DNA of 64,000 nucleotides. It comes from a bacterium. Lineage in GTDB: Bacteria; UBA10199; 2-02-FULL-50-16; JAJFLM01. Position numbers and translations under genes: made by a program. The stretch covers positions 1,152,001 through 1,216,000 of the forward strand of contig CBDCFN010000016.1 of assembly GCA_965216315.1 (NCBI GenBank), in the 5' to 3' direction. Below are positions 19,100-30,593 of the stretch, one piece after another. Below the pieces are notes generated by a model. It searched no databases. It had not been told where the DNA came from and worked only from the letters and a program-made list of their open reading frames with translations. How positions within the stretch are numbered: the first letter of the stretch is position 1; each line of letters opens with the position of its first letter.

Positions 19100-21223
19100 A
19101 TGTCAGTAGAAAAATTTAGCATCGATTTTGGTGGCCGCCCCATTATTTTTGAAACGGGGAAATTGGCCAAACAAGCGAGCGCGGCTGTGACCGTGCAGTA
19201 TGGTGACACGGTCGTTTTAGTCACAGCTGGGGTCGCCAAAGAAGCCAAGGAAGGAGCCGATTTCCTGCCCTTAACGGTGATTTATCAAGAAAAGACCTAT
19301 GCAGCCGGTAAGATTCCTGGTGGATTTTTTAAGCGGGAAGGGCGTCCCGCTGAATATGAAACGCTGACCAGCCGATTTATTGATCGACCGATCCGACCGC
19401 TGTTTCCGGATAATTTTTATAACGAAATGCAGGTCATTGCGACAGTGCTCTCGACTGACCAGGAGAACGAAGCGGACATCCTGGCAATGGCCGGGGCCTC
19501 CGCGACCTTATTGATGTCGGAAGCGCCTTTTGCCGGTCCCATTGCGGGAGCACGTGTTGGGCGAGTCGACGGCAAATTGATCTGTAATCCGACTCCTGAG
19601 CAAATGGATGAGAGTGATATTGATCTCATGGTTGCCAGTAGTGAGGAGGCGATCGTGATGGTTGAAGGGGGCTCGCTGGAAGTCAGTGAAGCGGACATGA
19701 TAGATGCTATCATGTTTGGACATGAGGCCGTTCAACCCGTCTTAAAACTTCAGAAAGAAATTGCTGCTAAGGTCGGAAAACAGAAGTTTGAAGTAGAGGC
19801 AGAGAGCGATAATGAAGAAATGGTTCAAAAGCTCAAGAGCGACTTCGGCGCGAAGATTGATCAAGCGCTGCGTGTTGTCGCTAAACAAGAAAGAAGTGCG
19901 GCCGTGTCAGAGGTCAAGGCGGAAGCCAAGGAGAGCCTCGTGCTGGATCCGGAAGACGTTGAGGCTGCAGAGGCCTTTGGTAAAGCCTTCAAGTCGGTTG
20001 AATCAACTTTGATGCGGGATATGATTCTCAATGAAAAGGTCCGCATTGGCGGCCGTAAATATGATGAAGTCCGTGAGATTGACTGCGAAACATCGGTTTT
20101 GCCGAGGACTCATGGCTCAGCCTTGTTTACTCGCGGAGAAACTCAGGCTTTAGTCATTGCGACGCTTGGTTCGGAGGATGATGCCCAGTATATTGATTCT
20201 GTCTCGGGTGGTGACGGTCGCAAACGCTTTATGCTCCACTACAATTTCCCGCCTTTTTCTGTTGGCGAAGTAAGAAGAATGGGCCCTCCGGGACGACGCG
20301 AAATAGGTCATGGTGCGCTTGCCGAGCGCGCCATACGTCCCATGTTGCCGGATCAAGAACATTGTCCTTACACAATTCGGATTGTGTCTGAAATATTGGA
20401 ATCCAACGGGTCTTCATCGATGGCAAGTGTCTGCGGGGCAAGCCTTTCACTGATGGATGCAGGTATTAAGATTGCTCGACCCGTGGCGGGTATTGCGATG
20501 GGGCTGGTGAGTCGAGATGGTGAGCGGGCGATCCTCTCGGATATTCTCGGTGACGAGGACCATCTCGGCGATATGGATTTCAAGGTAACCGGTACGGAGC
20601 AAGGGATTACCGCGCTTCAAATGGATATTAAAATTTCCGGTATTGATAAAGCGCTTTTGACTGAGGCGTTGGAACAGGCCCGTGTAGGACGGCTGCATAT
20701 CCTGAAGGAAATGGCGAAAGCACTTGAGGGGCCGCGCCAGGAGCTTTCCGAGCATGCTCCCAAGGTGCTGATCATGAATATCAATCCTTCACGCATACGC
20801 GATCTCATCGGCCCAGGTGGCAAAAACATCAAGGGCATTGTTGCTGAAACCGGGGCAAAGATTAGCGTTGAAGACTCAGGAGAAGTATCAATTTATTCTT
20901 CTGATAAGAGTTCCATGGATCTTGCGATTTCGCGCGTTAAAGAGCTTACCGCTGAACCGGAGATGGGCAAGATCTACCAGGGCAAGGTCCAGAAAATTAT
21001 GGAGTATGGTGCCTTTGTTGAAATTATGCCGGGCTTTGACGGGCTTCTTCATATTTCGCAGATTGATTTTAAGAGAATCAATCAAGTAACCGATGTTCTT
21101 AATGAGGGGGACATAACCCCGGTCAAAATCATTAAGATCGAGCCCAACGGAAAAGTTTCGCTTTCTCGTACCGAAGCATTGAAAGAGCTGGAGAATAAGG
21201 GAGAGGCTAAAGCTGACAACTAG
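19100..21223 (+). CDS. pnp: Polyribonucleotide nucleotidyltransferase
   Basis: GKIPGGFFKREGRP, RREIGHG, SNGSSSMAS, GDMDFK, KH and S1; GGAGG RBS before 19100. Confidence 0.98.
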   Translation: MSVEKFSIDFGGRPIIFETGKLAKQASAAVTVQYGDTVVLVTAGVAKEAKEGADFLPLTVIYQEKTYAAGKIPGGFFKREGRPAEYETLTSRFIDRPIRPLFPDNFYNEMQVIATVLSTDQENEADILAMAGASATLLMSEAPFAGPIAGARVGRVDGKLICNPTPEQMDESDIDLMVASSEEAIVMVEGGSLEVSEADMIDAIMFGHEAVQPVLKLQKEIAAKVGKQKFEVEAESDNEEMVQKLKSDFGAKIDQALRVVAKQERSAAVSEVKAEAKESLVLDPEDVEAAEAFGKAFKSVESTLMRDMILNEKVRIGGRKYDEVREIDCETSVLPRTHGSALFTRGETQALVIATLGSEDDAQYIDSVSGGDGRKRFMLHYNFPPFSVGEVRRMGPPGRREIGHGALAERAIRPMLPDQEHCPYTIRIVSEILESNGSSSMASVCGASLSLMDAGIKIARPVAGIAMGLVSRDGERAILSDILGDEDHLGDMDFKVTGTEQGITALQMDIKISGIDKALLTEALEQARVGRLHILKEMAKALEGPRQELSEHAPKVLIMNINPSRIRDLIGPGGKNIKGIVAETGAKISVEDSGEVSIYSSDKSSMDLAISRVKELTAEPEMGKIYQGKVQKIMEYGAFVEIMPGFDGLLHISQIDFKRINQVTDVLNEGDITPVKIIKIEPNGKVSLSRTEALKELENKGEAKADN

Positions 21224-21819
21224 CCGGCGTTTTTGATCGTCGCGAGAAAGCGCAGGCATTGCGCTTGTGTTTCTTCAATCGAACCTGAATTGTCGATTAC
21301 ATGGTCAGCACGTCGTTTTTTTTCGTTCAGTGCGAGTTGCGTCGCAATGCGCGCTCGGGCATCTTGCTCGGTGAAGCCTCGGTACTTCATTAAACGCTCA
21401 ATGCATATTGCCTCAGGGGCCCAGACGACGATGACGGTGTCCATCATCGTGTCCATCTTGGTTTCATAGAGGAGCGGTACGTCGATGATGACGCATTCCG
21501 CATTATCTTCTTGATACGCTGCGAGCTTGGCGCTTATTTCTTTCATGACCGCGGGGTGAAGGATGTCGTTGAGGCGTTGTCTCGAACTCTCATCATTGAA
21601 GACGATCGCTGCCAACGCGTCTCGGTCGAGCTGGCCGGTATCCAGAGTTAATTTCGAGCCAAACGCGTCGATAATTTGCTGGTATTGGGGTGTTTCCGGT
21701 GCGACGAGTTCACGCGCAATCTGATCGGAGTCAATGATAGGGATGTTTTTCTCTCGGAAAATATCGGCGACCAATGACTTGCCGGAGCCGAGCCCGCCGG
21801 TAAGCCCGATTTTAATCAC
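21220..21819 (-). CDS. coaE: Dephospho-CoA kinase
   Basis: IGLTGGLGSGKS, DVPLLYE. Confidence 0.96.
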   Translation of the reverse strand: MIKIGLTGGLGSGKSLVADIFREKNIPIIDSDQIARELVAPETPQYQQIIDAFGSKLTLDTGQLDRDALAAIVFNDESSRQRLNDILHPAVMKEISAKLAAYQEDNAECVIIDVPLLYETKMDTMMDTVIVVWAPEAICIERLMKYRGFTEQDARARIATQLALNEKKRRADHVIDNSGSIEETQAQCLRFLATIKNAG

Positions 21820-22264
21820 CGGACGACTCCGCGGTCTGTTGCTGTTTAAGCGAACGAATAAATTCTATGAGCGGCAACACAGCTATCGGGCCATATTCCA
21901 AAATTTTCTCTATTTGGGTATCCTCGTCGTCTTCGTTTTGAGCCTCTAAAAGTCGCATGATTAGCTGGGTAATCTCAGAGAATTCGGGGCTGAGTTTGGC
22001 GTGAACGCGACTTATCTGGGGGTTTTCAGCTTCCTGTTTCTGCATGGTCCATGTCATCTGCTTTGTGAAGTCTTCGACATCCCAATTCTCAGTGCCCAAC
22101 TCGTGTGTTTCAATAAGTTTATCCAGGAGGTCTATTTGTTGAGGATCCAGTGCCAGGGCCTTTTCATAGGCCTTAAGAGCAGCGGTATACTTCTTGCGTC
22201 GGCAGAGGCGATCACCCTTGCTTATCAGCTTACGTGCTTTTTTTAGCGGGTCTCGTGTCCACAT
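21812..22264 (-). CDS. TPR-containing hypothetical protein
   Basis: One TPR-like unit (KGD......Y.AAL.AYEKALALDP); ATG 22264 chosen to limit overlap with the upstream gene. Confidence 0.6.
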   Translation of the reverse strand: MWTRDPLKKARKLISKGDRLCRRKKYTAALKAYEKALALDPQQIDLLDKLIETHELGTENWDVEDFTKQMTWTMQKQEAENPQISRVHAKLSPEFSEITQLIMRLLEAQNEDDEDTQIEKILEYGPIAVLPLIEFIRSLKQQQTAESSGD

Positions 22265-23705
22265 CCGGTTTATCCTTTTTGCCGAAGCCGAGTGTATCAC
22301 ACACGATGTGCAATAGGGTCTCTTTTTCGTTCTTGCATGGGTCATCAAGAACAACTTCCAGTAAGTTGGCGAGTATTTGGCCGATCTGAGGGCCCTCAGG
22401 AACGCCGACCTGCATCAGTTCGTGCCCCCCGATGGCGAGATCTGAAATTGTAATGGCGGGTTTTTTTGCCAGCTCCTGCTCGATTCGCTTGCGGAGCTTC
22501 TGCACACCCCGAATGCCATCGGGGTATTTTCCTCCGCGGTTGTCGGCAATGCGGAGATCAACGAGTGTCAACACGAGGTTTTCGCCCACGCTTCTGATGA
22601 ATCGACGGATTGCTTTATCCGTGAAAAAAGATTTCGCCTGAAACATATGATTATCGATGAGTGTTGCAATATTATCGGCATTCACTCCAAGGGTTGACAT
22701 CTTCAGTTCTTTGATGCGCTTTCTTGCCAACTTTGTTGACAGGCTTTGATGGCCAAAAAATGTCAGCCTCTGCTTTTTTCGGTCATATCGTTTTGTTGCT
22801 GGTTTGCCGACATCGTGAAAAAGAGCAGCCAACATCAACTCCAATTGTCCCGCATTGGGGATCGCAATGTCTTCACGAGCCGCATCAAGCACGCGCATTG
22901 TGTGGAGGAAAACATCATCATTTTTGAGTTTTTTACCCTGTTCAACCCCGACAGTTTCAGCCAGCTCGGGAAAAATATATTCGAGAAGGCCGGTGTCGCG
23001 CATGATGCAGAACCCGTATGATGGTTTGCTGGCGCGCAGTAATTTTTCAACTTCCATTGAAATCCGCTCAGGGCTTACGGACTGAATTAATGATGCATGC
23101 TCTCTCATCGCCTGCCAGGTCTTTTCTTCAATTTTCAGGTGAAGTCGAGCGGCAAATTGTACGGCGCGCATCAGGCGGAGTGGGTCTTCAATAAAGGAAT
23201 TTTCATGGACTTGCCTAAGAACCTTGTTCTTCATATCTGCTTGGCCGTGGTAAGGATCACATAGTTCGCCGGTGCTGTAATTGAGTGCCATCGCATTAAT
23301 TGTGAAATCTCTTCGTTGCAGATCGTCAGTAACGTTCAGCTCAGGATCAAACTCAACCTCAAAGTCCCGGTGACCTGTTCCCGTAGAGATTTCTTTACGG
23401 GGAAGGGCGATATCGTACTCCGTTTCCGGATCATCATTCGGCCTAAACTTCAGGACGCCAAAGGACTTGCCTACGAGATGGACCTTCCCATGCTGTCGGA
23501 GTACAGTTTGAAGCCTTTTGAATGATAATTTGCGAACGAGTATATCGCGATCTTTGCTTGTTTGGCCTAATAGTCGGTCACGAACCGGACCACCGACTTC
23601 ATAAACTTCAGCACCTTCTGCAAGTATTTCCTGCAGGTAGGAAGGGAGACTTGCTGGATTATAAAGAGACGTTTGTTTTGATTTGGAGTTGCTTGCGGAA
23701 GTCAT
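22230..23705 (-). CDS. cca: CCA tRNA nucleotidyltransferase with HD domain
   Basis: VGGPVRD..D.D, RRDFTINAMA, EDPLR, FHDVGK. Confidence 0.88.
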   Translation of the reverse strand: MTSASNSKSKQTSLYNPASLPSYLQEILAEGAEVYEVGGPVRDRLLGQTSKDRDILVRKLSFKRLQTVLRQHGKVHLVGKSFGVLKFRPNDDPETEYDIALPRKEISTGTGHRDFEVEFDPELNVTDDLQRRDFTINAMALNYSTGELCDPYHGQADMKNKVLRQVHENSFIEDPLRLMRAVQFAARLHLKIEEKTWQAMREHASLIQSVSPERISMEVEKLLRASKPSYGFCIMRDTGLLEYIFPELAETVGVEQGKKLKNDDVFLHTMRVLDAAREDIAIPNAGQLELMLAALFHDVGKPATKRYDRKKQRLTFFGHQSLSTKLARKRIKELKMSTLGVNADNIATLIDNHMFQAKSFFTDKAIRRFIRSVGENLVLTLVDLRIADNRGGKYPDGIRGVQKLRKRIEQELAKKPAITISDLAIGGHELMQVGVPEGPQIGQILANLLEVVLDDPCKNEKETLLHIVCDTLGFGKKDKPDVDTRPAKKST

Positions 23706-24651
23706 CGAGCCAAATCGTAAAAAAATCGTTATTAAGGCGACTCATTAATTGTTCTGAGTCGGGTTCTTTTTTATTTTCCGAGTAACTATTAACCTTGACC
23801 AGATACCACTTGGAACCAATGCGGATCGATTGAGGGTAAACTGTGTTTGCCTCACGAATTGCAAAAAGCGACTTTACATGGGCATCAGGAAGACGACGCC
23901 CCAATATTTTATCTCTTTCGAGGAAGCTGAGGCGCGTTTTATCTCGAAGCTTGGCTTCCAGTGTGTCTAGTTCACTTTTGGCTATAGGGCCACGAGACCA
24001 TTTATTGAGCCACTCTGTGAGTTTTGCTTCTATCTCTTCATCGGAAAGGCCTTCTTTTTTCGGGACTTCAATCACTTCAAACTCCCATTCCGATTGGGCG
24101 ACTTTAGTGCTCCACTGATTTTCGTCGGGAGCGCTCAGGATGCCGGTGAGCTGAAAAGAACTATAGAGATCCAGGAGAAGATCCTCGCGCAGCGCGGTTT
24201 CAAAGTCAGTTCCAAAGCGCCGGCGATAGAAAGGGCGAAATTCTTTTCGGTAATAGCGGGTATTGAAGACACCATCTTTGTAAAATTGTTTCTGTTTGCG
24301 GATCATTTGAGCGACTTCGCTATCGGCAATTTGAAAGCCTAAAGAATGGGCAAATGCGGACGTCACTTTTCGTTCGATGAGTTGCTGTAGAATGTTAGAG
24401 CGTAAAAATTTGGCAAAATTATCGGGGAGACCTTCCTTGAATTGGTCACGGACGCGATCGACAGCAGCATCGTATGCGACGTTATACTGTTGGAGCGGAA
24501 TAGCCTGCTCACCGACTATGGCCGCCGTCTGCGCTCCCAGTTGTGGGCCTGCAGCGCTGCCTGCAAAGTAGACGACAAAGACGAGGGCGATGAGACCAAG
24601 GAGGACTTTGATGAACCATCCCTCGGAGTGCTTGCGCATATAGTCTAACAT
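23659..24651 (-). CDS. SurA/PpiD N-terminal-domain protein
   Basis: MLDYMRK..W.IKVLLGLIALVF N-terminus typical of PpiD-like foldases. Confidence 0.7.
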   Translation of the reverse strand: MLDYMRKHSEGWFIKVLLGLIALVFVVYFAGSAAGPQLGAQTAAIVGEQAIPLQQYNVAYDAAVDRVRDQFKEGLPDNFAKFLRSNILQQLIERKVTSAFAHSLGFQIADSEVAQMIRKQKQFYKDGVFNTRYYRKEFRPFYRRRFGTDFETALREDLLLDLYSSFQLTGILSAPDENQWSTKVAQSEWEFEVIEVPKKEGLSDEEIEAKLTEWLNKWSRGPIAKSELDTLEAKLRDKTRLSFLERDKILGRRLPDAHVKSLFAIREANTVYPQSIRIGSKWYLVKVNSYSENKKEPDSEQLMSRLNNDFFTIWLDDFRKQLQIKTNVSL

Positions 24652-24685
24652 AACGGCTTCGTAATTAGCCGAGAAACGAGGCTGA

Positions 24686-25777
<1,092 letters not shown>

Positions 25778-25783
25778 TTTGAC

Positions 25784-26629
25784 GTGGTGCAACAGCGTTC
25801 CAGACTTCAAATCACTCTTTTTTCAGCAGCGGCCCTCTTATTTCTACTGACATTGCTTTCTTTGACTGTGCACCCGCCCGAGGATCGCACTGCCAGCTGG
25901 TATGAGACAATTTTTTTCGGTGCGCTGTCTCCTTTGCAAAAGGGCGCTACTTTTATCGGCCGGTCAGCCAAAGACCTAGTGGCTGATTATGTTAATTTAG
26001 TGCATGTCGCTGCAGATAATCGACAATTGAAACAACAGGTTAGTAGCTTGGAATCACAACTCTTACTGTATCGAAGTGTTGTGGATGAGAATAGAAGGTT
26101 GCGTTCGCTTCTTAAATATCAACAAGAGAAGCCCTGGACAACGCTAGCGGCCCGCATCGTCGCGTACAGCCCGCAGGCGGAGTTCAGGTTAGTGACGATA
26201 AATAAGGGTTCCAGGGACGGCCTTAAGAAGCGTATGCCCGTTATCTCGGAAAAGGGCCTGATCGGGCAGATTTACCGACTCGGGTATAGCAGTGCGCAAG
26301 TATTGTTAATCACCGATCCAACGAGTGCGGTTGACGCGCGCCTTCTTGATACCGGCGCTCGTGGCCTCATTCGAGGCAGGATACTCACAACCGAATTAAA
26401 CCGTAATTTTTTTATTACGGGCCTTGAGTATATTGATCGTGAAGCTCTCGTTAAGATAGGGAGCTTGGTGGTGACTTCCGGTCTTGATAAAGTTTTTCCT
26501 GCAGGCATTCCGATTGGTCTCGTCAAGAAAGTTAATGAAGATTCGTTAGGATTTTTTAAACATGCCGAAGTGCTTCCTTTGAGTAATTTTTTGTCATTGA
26601 GAGATGTATTAGTGGTTACGGAGTGGTAA
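25784..26629 (+). CDS. mreC: Rod shape-determining protein MreC
   Basis: TM plus coiled coil, INKGS.DG, VTSGLD.VFPAGIPIG. Confidence 0.95.
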   Translation: MVQQRSRLQITLFSAAALLFLLTLLSLTVHPPEDRTASWYETIFFGALSPLQKGATFIGRSAKDLVADYVNLVHVAADNRQLKQQVSSLESQLLLYRSVVDENRRLRSLLKYQQEKPWTTLAARIVAYSPQAEFRLVTINKGSRDGLKKRMPVISEKGLIGQIYRLGYSSAQVLLITDPTSAVDARLLDTGARGLIRGRILTTELNRNFFITGLEYIDREALVKIGSLVVTSGLDKVFPAGIPIGLVKKVNEDSLGFFKHAEVLPLSNFLSLRDVLVVTEW

Positions 26630-26644
26630 GGTTTAGCTGCGCTT

Positions 26645-27148
26645 ATGTTGCGAATTATCGCCTATTTAATCGTTGGTTTCTTTGCGCTCCTCCTTGAGAG
26701 CACACTTTTTGCGTCATGGCCGAGTGTGACGCTGCGCTTTGAGTTTGTGTGGATCTTAGTGCTTTTCTTGGCGTTTTCCTCCCCCCTCAATGAATGTGGT
26801 CCAATCGCCATTGGGCTAGGCCTGATGGAAGATATAACGGGAGCCCCATTTCTAGGATTCTTTGCGACGGTCTATTTTTCGTTTGCTGTGCTGTTGCGGG
26901 CGTTCATTGCCCATATGTTTGTCGAAACACTCTGGGCCCGTTTATTATGGGTTGGGATTTTCACTCTGTTGGCCTTGAGCCTGGAATGGGGATTGCTGGC
27001 GGCTATGGGCCGCAGCGAAGGGATTCAGAGCTATCTGTTAACGTATGCTTTATTGCAGAGCCTGGTGAATATGGTTGTGGCGGCGTTTTTCCTGCCCTTA
27101 TTGGATCGTGTTGACGAACTCGTCTATAGTAATCGTTATGTCTCTTAA
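26645..27148 (+). CDS. mreD: Rod shape-determining protein MreD
   Basis: Polytopic membrane protein between mreC and mrdA; GL..D motif. Confidence 0.8.
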   Translation: MLRIIAYLIVGFFALLLESTLFASWPSVTLRFEFVWILVLFLAFSSPLNECGPIAIGLGLMEDITGAPFLGFFATVYFSFAVLLRAFIAHMFVETLWARLLWVGIFTLLALSLEWGLLAAMGRSEGIQSYLLTYALLQSLVNMVVAAFFLPLLDRVDELVYSNRYVS

Positions 27149-29063
27149 GGGTGTACAAGAGAATCTGTCTCAGCTGCAGAACCGTTTTGTCTATGTCATT
27201 ATCGCCGTGTGTATTTTTTTTCTGGGTGTGACCGTACGCCTTTATTATCTGCAGATATTAAAAGGCGATGAATACCGTTCCTTCTCGGAAGAAAATACCT
27301 TAAAAGAAATTCGCATTCCGGCGGTAAGAGGTCTCATAAAAGATCGTTATGGCGATACGATCGCTTCAAGTCGCTCGTCTTTTGATTTGGCTTTGATTCC
27401 ACAGTATGTGCGCAATCTCAACGCAGTGAGTGAGAGTATCCAGGGCTTAGTTGATATTCCTGCGGAACAAATCAAGCAAGTGTGGCCCAAGACGGCACGG
27501 ATGCCACCGTTTTATCCCTTTGTGATCACGCGTGATATTGGTTTTGATGCGATGGCACGTATCGAAGTGTATCGAGCCATAGAGGACTCCCCTACGGAGG
27601 GTTATGATCTGCAAGGCGTTGAAATTCTTCCTTATCCGGTAAGGCGCTATCCCGGTGGTAGTGTAGCGGCCAATATACTGGGTTATGTCCGCGAATCGTC
27701 CCGTAAAGAACTCACACGTTTACAGCAGGCTGTGCCGGGATTTTATCATCTTGGAGACCGGGTGGGCGCTTTCGGCCTCGAACAACGATGGGAGGTATTG
27801 CTGAAAGGCACGGATGGTTACCAGCAAAAATTTGTGAATGCGGTTGGAAAAGAAGTTCAGAGTGAAGGGATTGGGCTTAAGCTGTCTAGACAACCGGCGA
27901 GTCCCGGTTTGAATCTTATAACGACTTTAGATCATAAGTTGCAGCGATTTGCTGAGGGTTTGTTCGGCGATAAACGGGGAGCGTTAGCGGCGGTTAATCC
28001 CAATACCGGTGAAATCTATGCGCTCGTAAGTCTACCCACATTCGATCTATCGCGTTTAGCGGGTCAGATCGATGAGGAAGCTTGGAAAGAGCTTACGCAT
28101 GATCCAGGGAAGGTTTTTCTTAACCGGGCGGTTCAATCAGCATATCCGCCGGGGTCAACGTACAAGATTGTTACGGCGGCGGCGGCTTTAGAGGAGGGTG
28201 TCGTTGAGCTGGATGAAAAAATCCGTTGCCCAGGGTATTTGCGCTTTGGGCGGCGTGCCTTCAAGTGCTGGAAGAGCGGGGGGCACGGCATGGTTGATGT
28301 GCATAAGGCAATTGTCCAGTCATGTGATGTTTTCTTTTATACGATGGGGATACGACTCGGCGTGGATCTCATGGCTAAGTATGCCCATATGTTTGGGTTG
28401 GGTAAAAAGACAGGTATTGAGATAGCGAGCGAATCGCCGGGTTTAATTCCTACGAAGGCCTGGAAAAAACGTGCGCGTGGTGATCAGTGGCACCCTGGTG
28501 AAAACCTCTCGATATCTATCGGGCAAGGATATGATCTCGTGACGCCACTCCAGAATGCTTTGATGGTTTCTGTCGTTGCGAATGGGGGGTATAGGGTTTT
28601 GCCGAAACTGAGTAAGTCATTTGAGGATAGTGATGGGCAGCGATTTCGTCCGCCCGGACGTATCCTGACGGATAATTCGGTATGGGCGGGAATTTCAAAG
28701 GAAACGTTAGAGGTCTTAAGAAGGGCGCTACGGGGTGTTGTGAATGAAGTCGGTGGTACCGCGCGGCGCTTAAGTCAACTGCCTTATGAGATCAGTGGGA
28801 AAACGGGCACGGCTCAAGTCGTGGGGTATGGCTCAGGCTTACATGGTCCGCAATATCGTGATCATGCTCTGTTCGTTTCCTATGCCCCGTATAATGCACC
28901 GGAAATTGCAGTTAGTGTTATTGTAGAACATGGGGGGCATGGCTCTTCAGCTGCGGCGCCTATAGCCGGAAAGGTAATCGAGAAATACATGCAGCTAAAA
29001 GCAGCAAGAAAGCTTAAAGGGAATGAAGAAGTAGCCAAAAAGGGTGTTGTGAATGCGCGATAA
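27138..29063 (+). CDS. mrdA: Penicillin-binding protein 2
   Basis: RG.I.DR, PGSTYK, SCD, KTGT motifs. Confidence 0.96.
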   Translation: MSLKGVQENLSQLQNRFVYVIIAVCIFFLGVTVRLYYLQILKGDEYRSFSEENTLKEIRIPAVRGLIKDRYGDTIASSRSSFDLALIPQYVRNLNAVSESIQGLVDIPAEQIKQVWPKTARMPPFYPFVITRDIGFDAMARIEVYRAIEDSPTEGYDLQGVEILPYPVRRYPGGSVAANILGYVRESSRKELTRLQQAVPGFYHLGDRVGAFGLEQRWEVLLKGTDGYQQKFVNAVGKEVQSEGIGLKLSRQPASPGLNLITTLDHKLQRFAEGLFGDKRGALAAVNPNTGEIYALVSLPTFDLSRLAGQIDEEAWKELTHDPGKVFLNRAVQSAYPPGSTYKIVTAAAALEEGVVELDEKIRCPGYLRFGRRAFKCWKSGGHGMVDVHKAIVQSCDVFFYTMGIRLGVDLMAKYAHMFGLGKKTGIEIASESPGLIPTKAWKKRARGDQWHPGENLSISIGQGYDLVTPLQNALMVSVVANGGYRVLPKLSKSFEDSDGQRFRPPGRILTDNSVWAGISKETLEVLRRALRGVVNEVGGTARRLSQLPYEISGKTGTAQVVGYGSGLHGPQYRDHALFVSYAPYNAPEIAVSVIVEHGGHGSSAAAPIAGKVIEKYMQLKAARKLKGNEEVAKKGVVNAR

Positions 29064-30159
29064 TAAGAGTCGATGGAGTCAGCTAAATAGTCCGGTGGTA
29101 TGGGTGGTAATAGGACTCTCGACACTAGGGCTTATCAATCTCTACAGCGCAACGTCGATTTTGGGCGAAGCAGGCGTTTCCCCTATATTTTATTCGCAAT
29201 TACTTTGGATGTTGATTGCCTGGGTTGTGAGTCTGACGGTATGGCTTGTTGATTATCATCAGCTCGATCGCTTTGCTTATGCGATTTATGGAGTCACTCT
29301 GGTCGGCTTAATTGCAGTTCTTATTTTCGGACAGGAAATATCCGGACACCAGAGTTGGATTAAACTAGGCCCTTTCCATATGCAACCGTCGGAATTTGCC
29401 AAGATCGGGTTTCTGCTGGCGCTTGCTAAGTATTTTGCGAGTACTGATCGGCTGAGCGGTCTTAATCTTAAAGAACTTCAGGTGCCTTTTCTGATTGTTG
29501 GTTTGCCTTTAGCGTTAATTATTATTGAAGGGGACCTCGGAACGGCTCTCTTTTTTATCCTGACCTTCGCTTCTCTTGTCTTGTTTGTTGGCGTCAAACG
29601 TAAGACTTTCGCTTTGTTGACAGGCGCTGCCTTAGTAACTGTACTTATTGCCTATTTCTTTCTTCTAAATCCCTATCAGCGTTCAAGGCTCGAGACTTTT
29701 ATTCAGCCAGACCTAGATCCGCGGGGCCAGGGCTATCAGGTGATTCAATCGAAGATTACGGTAGGTTCCGGTATGTTGACGGGCAAAGGCTATATGAATG
29801 GCATGCAGACGAAACTATTGTACTTACCAGAAAAACATACGGACTTTATCTTTCCGGTTCTCGCTGAAGAATGGGGCTTTTTGGGTTCGATGGTTATTAT
29901 AGCGCTTTATTTTGCATTGATTATGGCGGGGGCCAATATCGCCTCTCGTGCGCGGGATCGGTTCGGCCTTTTTGTGGCCTTGGGTATAACGATGTTATTG
30001 TTTTGGCAGGTCGTAATCAATATCGGAGGAGTTCTAGGTTTGTTGCCGTTGACCGGTGTTACTCTACCGATTCTATCTTATGGCGGTTCTTCTCTCGTAA
30101 CGGTATTCTTGGGGATTGGGATCCTCTTGAACGTCCGAGCCAGTCAGCACTTTTTTTAA
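29053..30159 (+). CDS. rodA: SEDS glycosyltransferase RodA
   Basis: QPSEFAK, DLGT, PEKHTDFIF, SYGGSS. Confidence 0.96.
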   Translation: MRDNKSRWSQLNSPVVWVVIGLSTLGLINLYSATSILGEAGVSPIFYSQLLWMLIAWVVSLTVWLVDYHQLDRFAYAIYGVTLVGLIAVLIFGQEISGHQSWIKLGPFHMQPSEFAKIGFLLALAKYFASTDRLSGLNLKELQVPFLIVGLPLALIIIEGDLGTALFFILTFASLVLFVGVKRKTFALLTGAALVTVLIAYFFLLNPYQRSRLETFIQPDLDPRGQGYQVIQSKITVGSGMLTGKGYMNGMQTKLLYLPEKHTDFIFPVLAEEWGFLGSMVIIALYFALIMAGANIASRARDRFGLFVALGITMLLFWQVVINIGGVLGLLPLTGVTLPILSYGGSSLVTVFLGIGILLNVRASQHFF

Positions 30160-30482
30160 GCCTGGCTGATAAGCCTTTCCAGTTCAGACTTAGGGACGGC
30201 GCCAACGACTTGGTCGAGCATCTTACCATCTTTAAAGAGCATGATCGTCGGAATCGAACGAACGCCAAATTGGGCGGGCGTTTGTGGATTGTCGTCAATG
30301 TTCATCTTGAAGACGTTGACCTTGTCGCCCTGTTCGGCGGCAAGTTCCTCAATGATAGGAGTCACGGCTCGGCAGGGGCCACACCATACAGCCCAAAAGT
30401 CGACGAGAGCCGGTTTGTCGCCGCCGAGGACATCACTTTGAAAATTCGAATCTGTTGCTTCTTTGACGTTTTCTGAGGCCAT
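30156..30482 (-). CDS. trxA: Thioredoxin
   Basis: WCGPC active site, GVRSIPT. Confidence 0.97.
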   Translation of the reverse strand: MASENVKEATDSNFQSDVLGGDKPALVDFWAVWCGPCRAVTPIIEELAAEQGDKVNVFKMNIDDNPQTPAQFGVRSIPTIMLFKDGKMLDQVVGAVPKSELERLISQA

Positions 30483-30593
30483 GCTTCACTCCTTTTGGCG
30501 ATTAGATGAGTGGAGATATAAAGAGTCTCAGGAAAAATCAACATAAATTCCCTTGCCTTGACGCTGAGCAAACACTTTTCATAGGATAGGCCC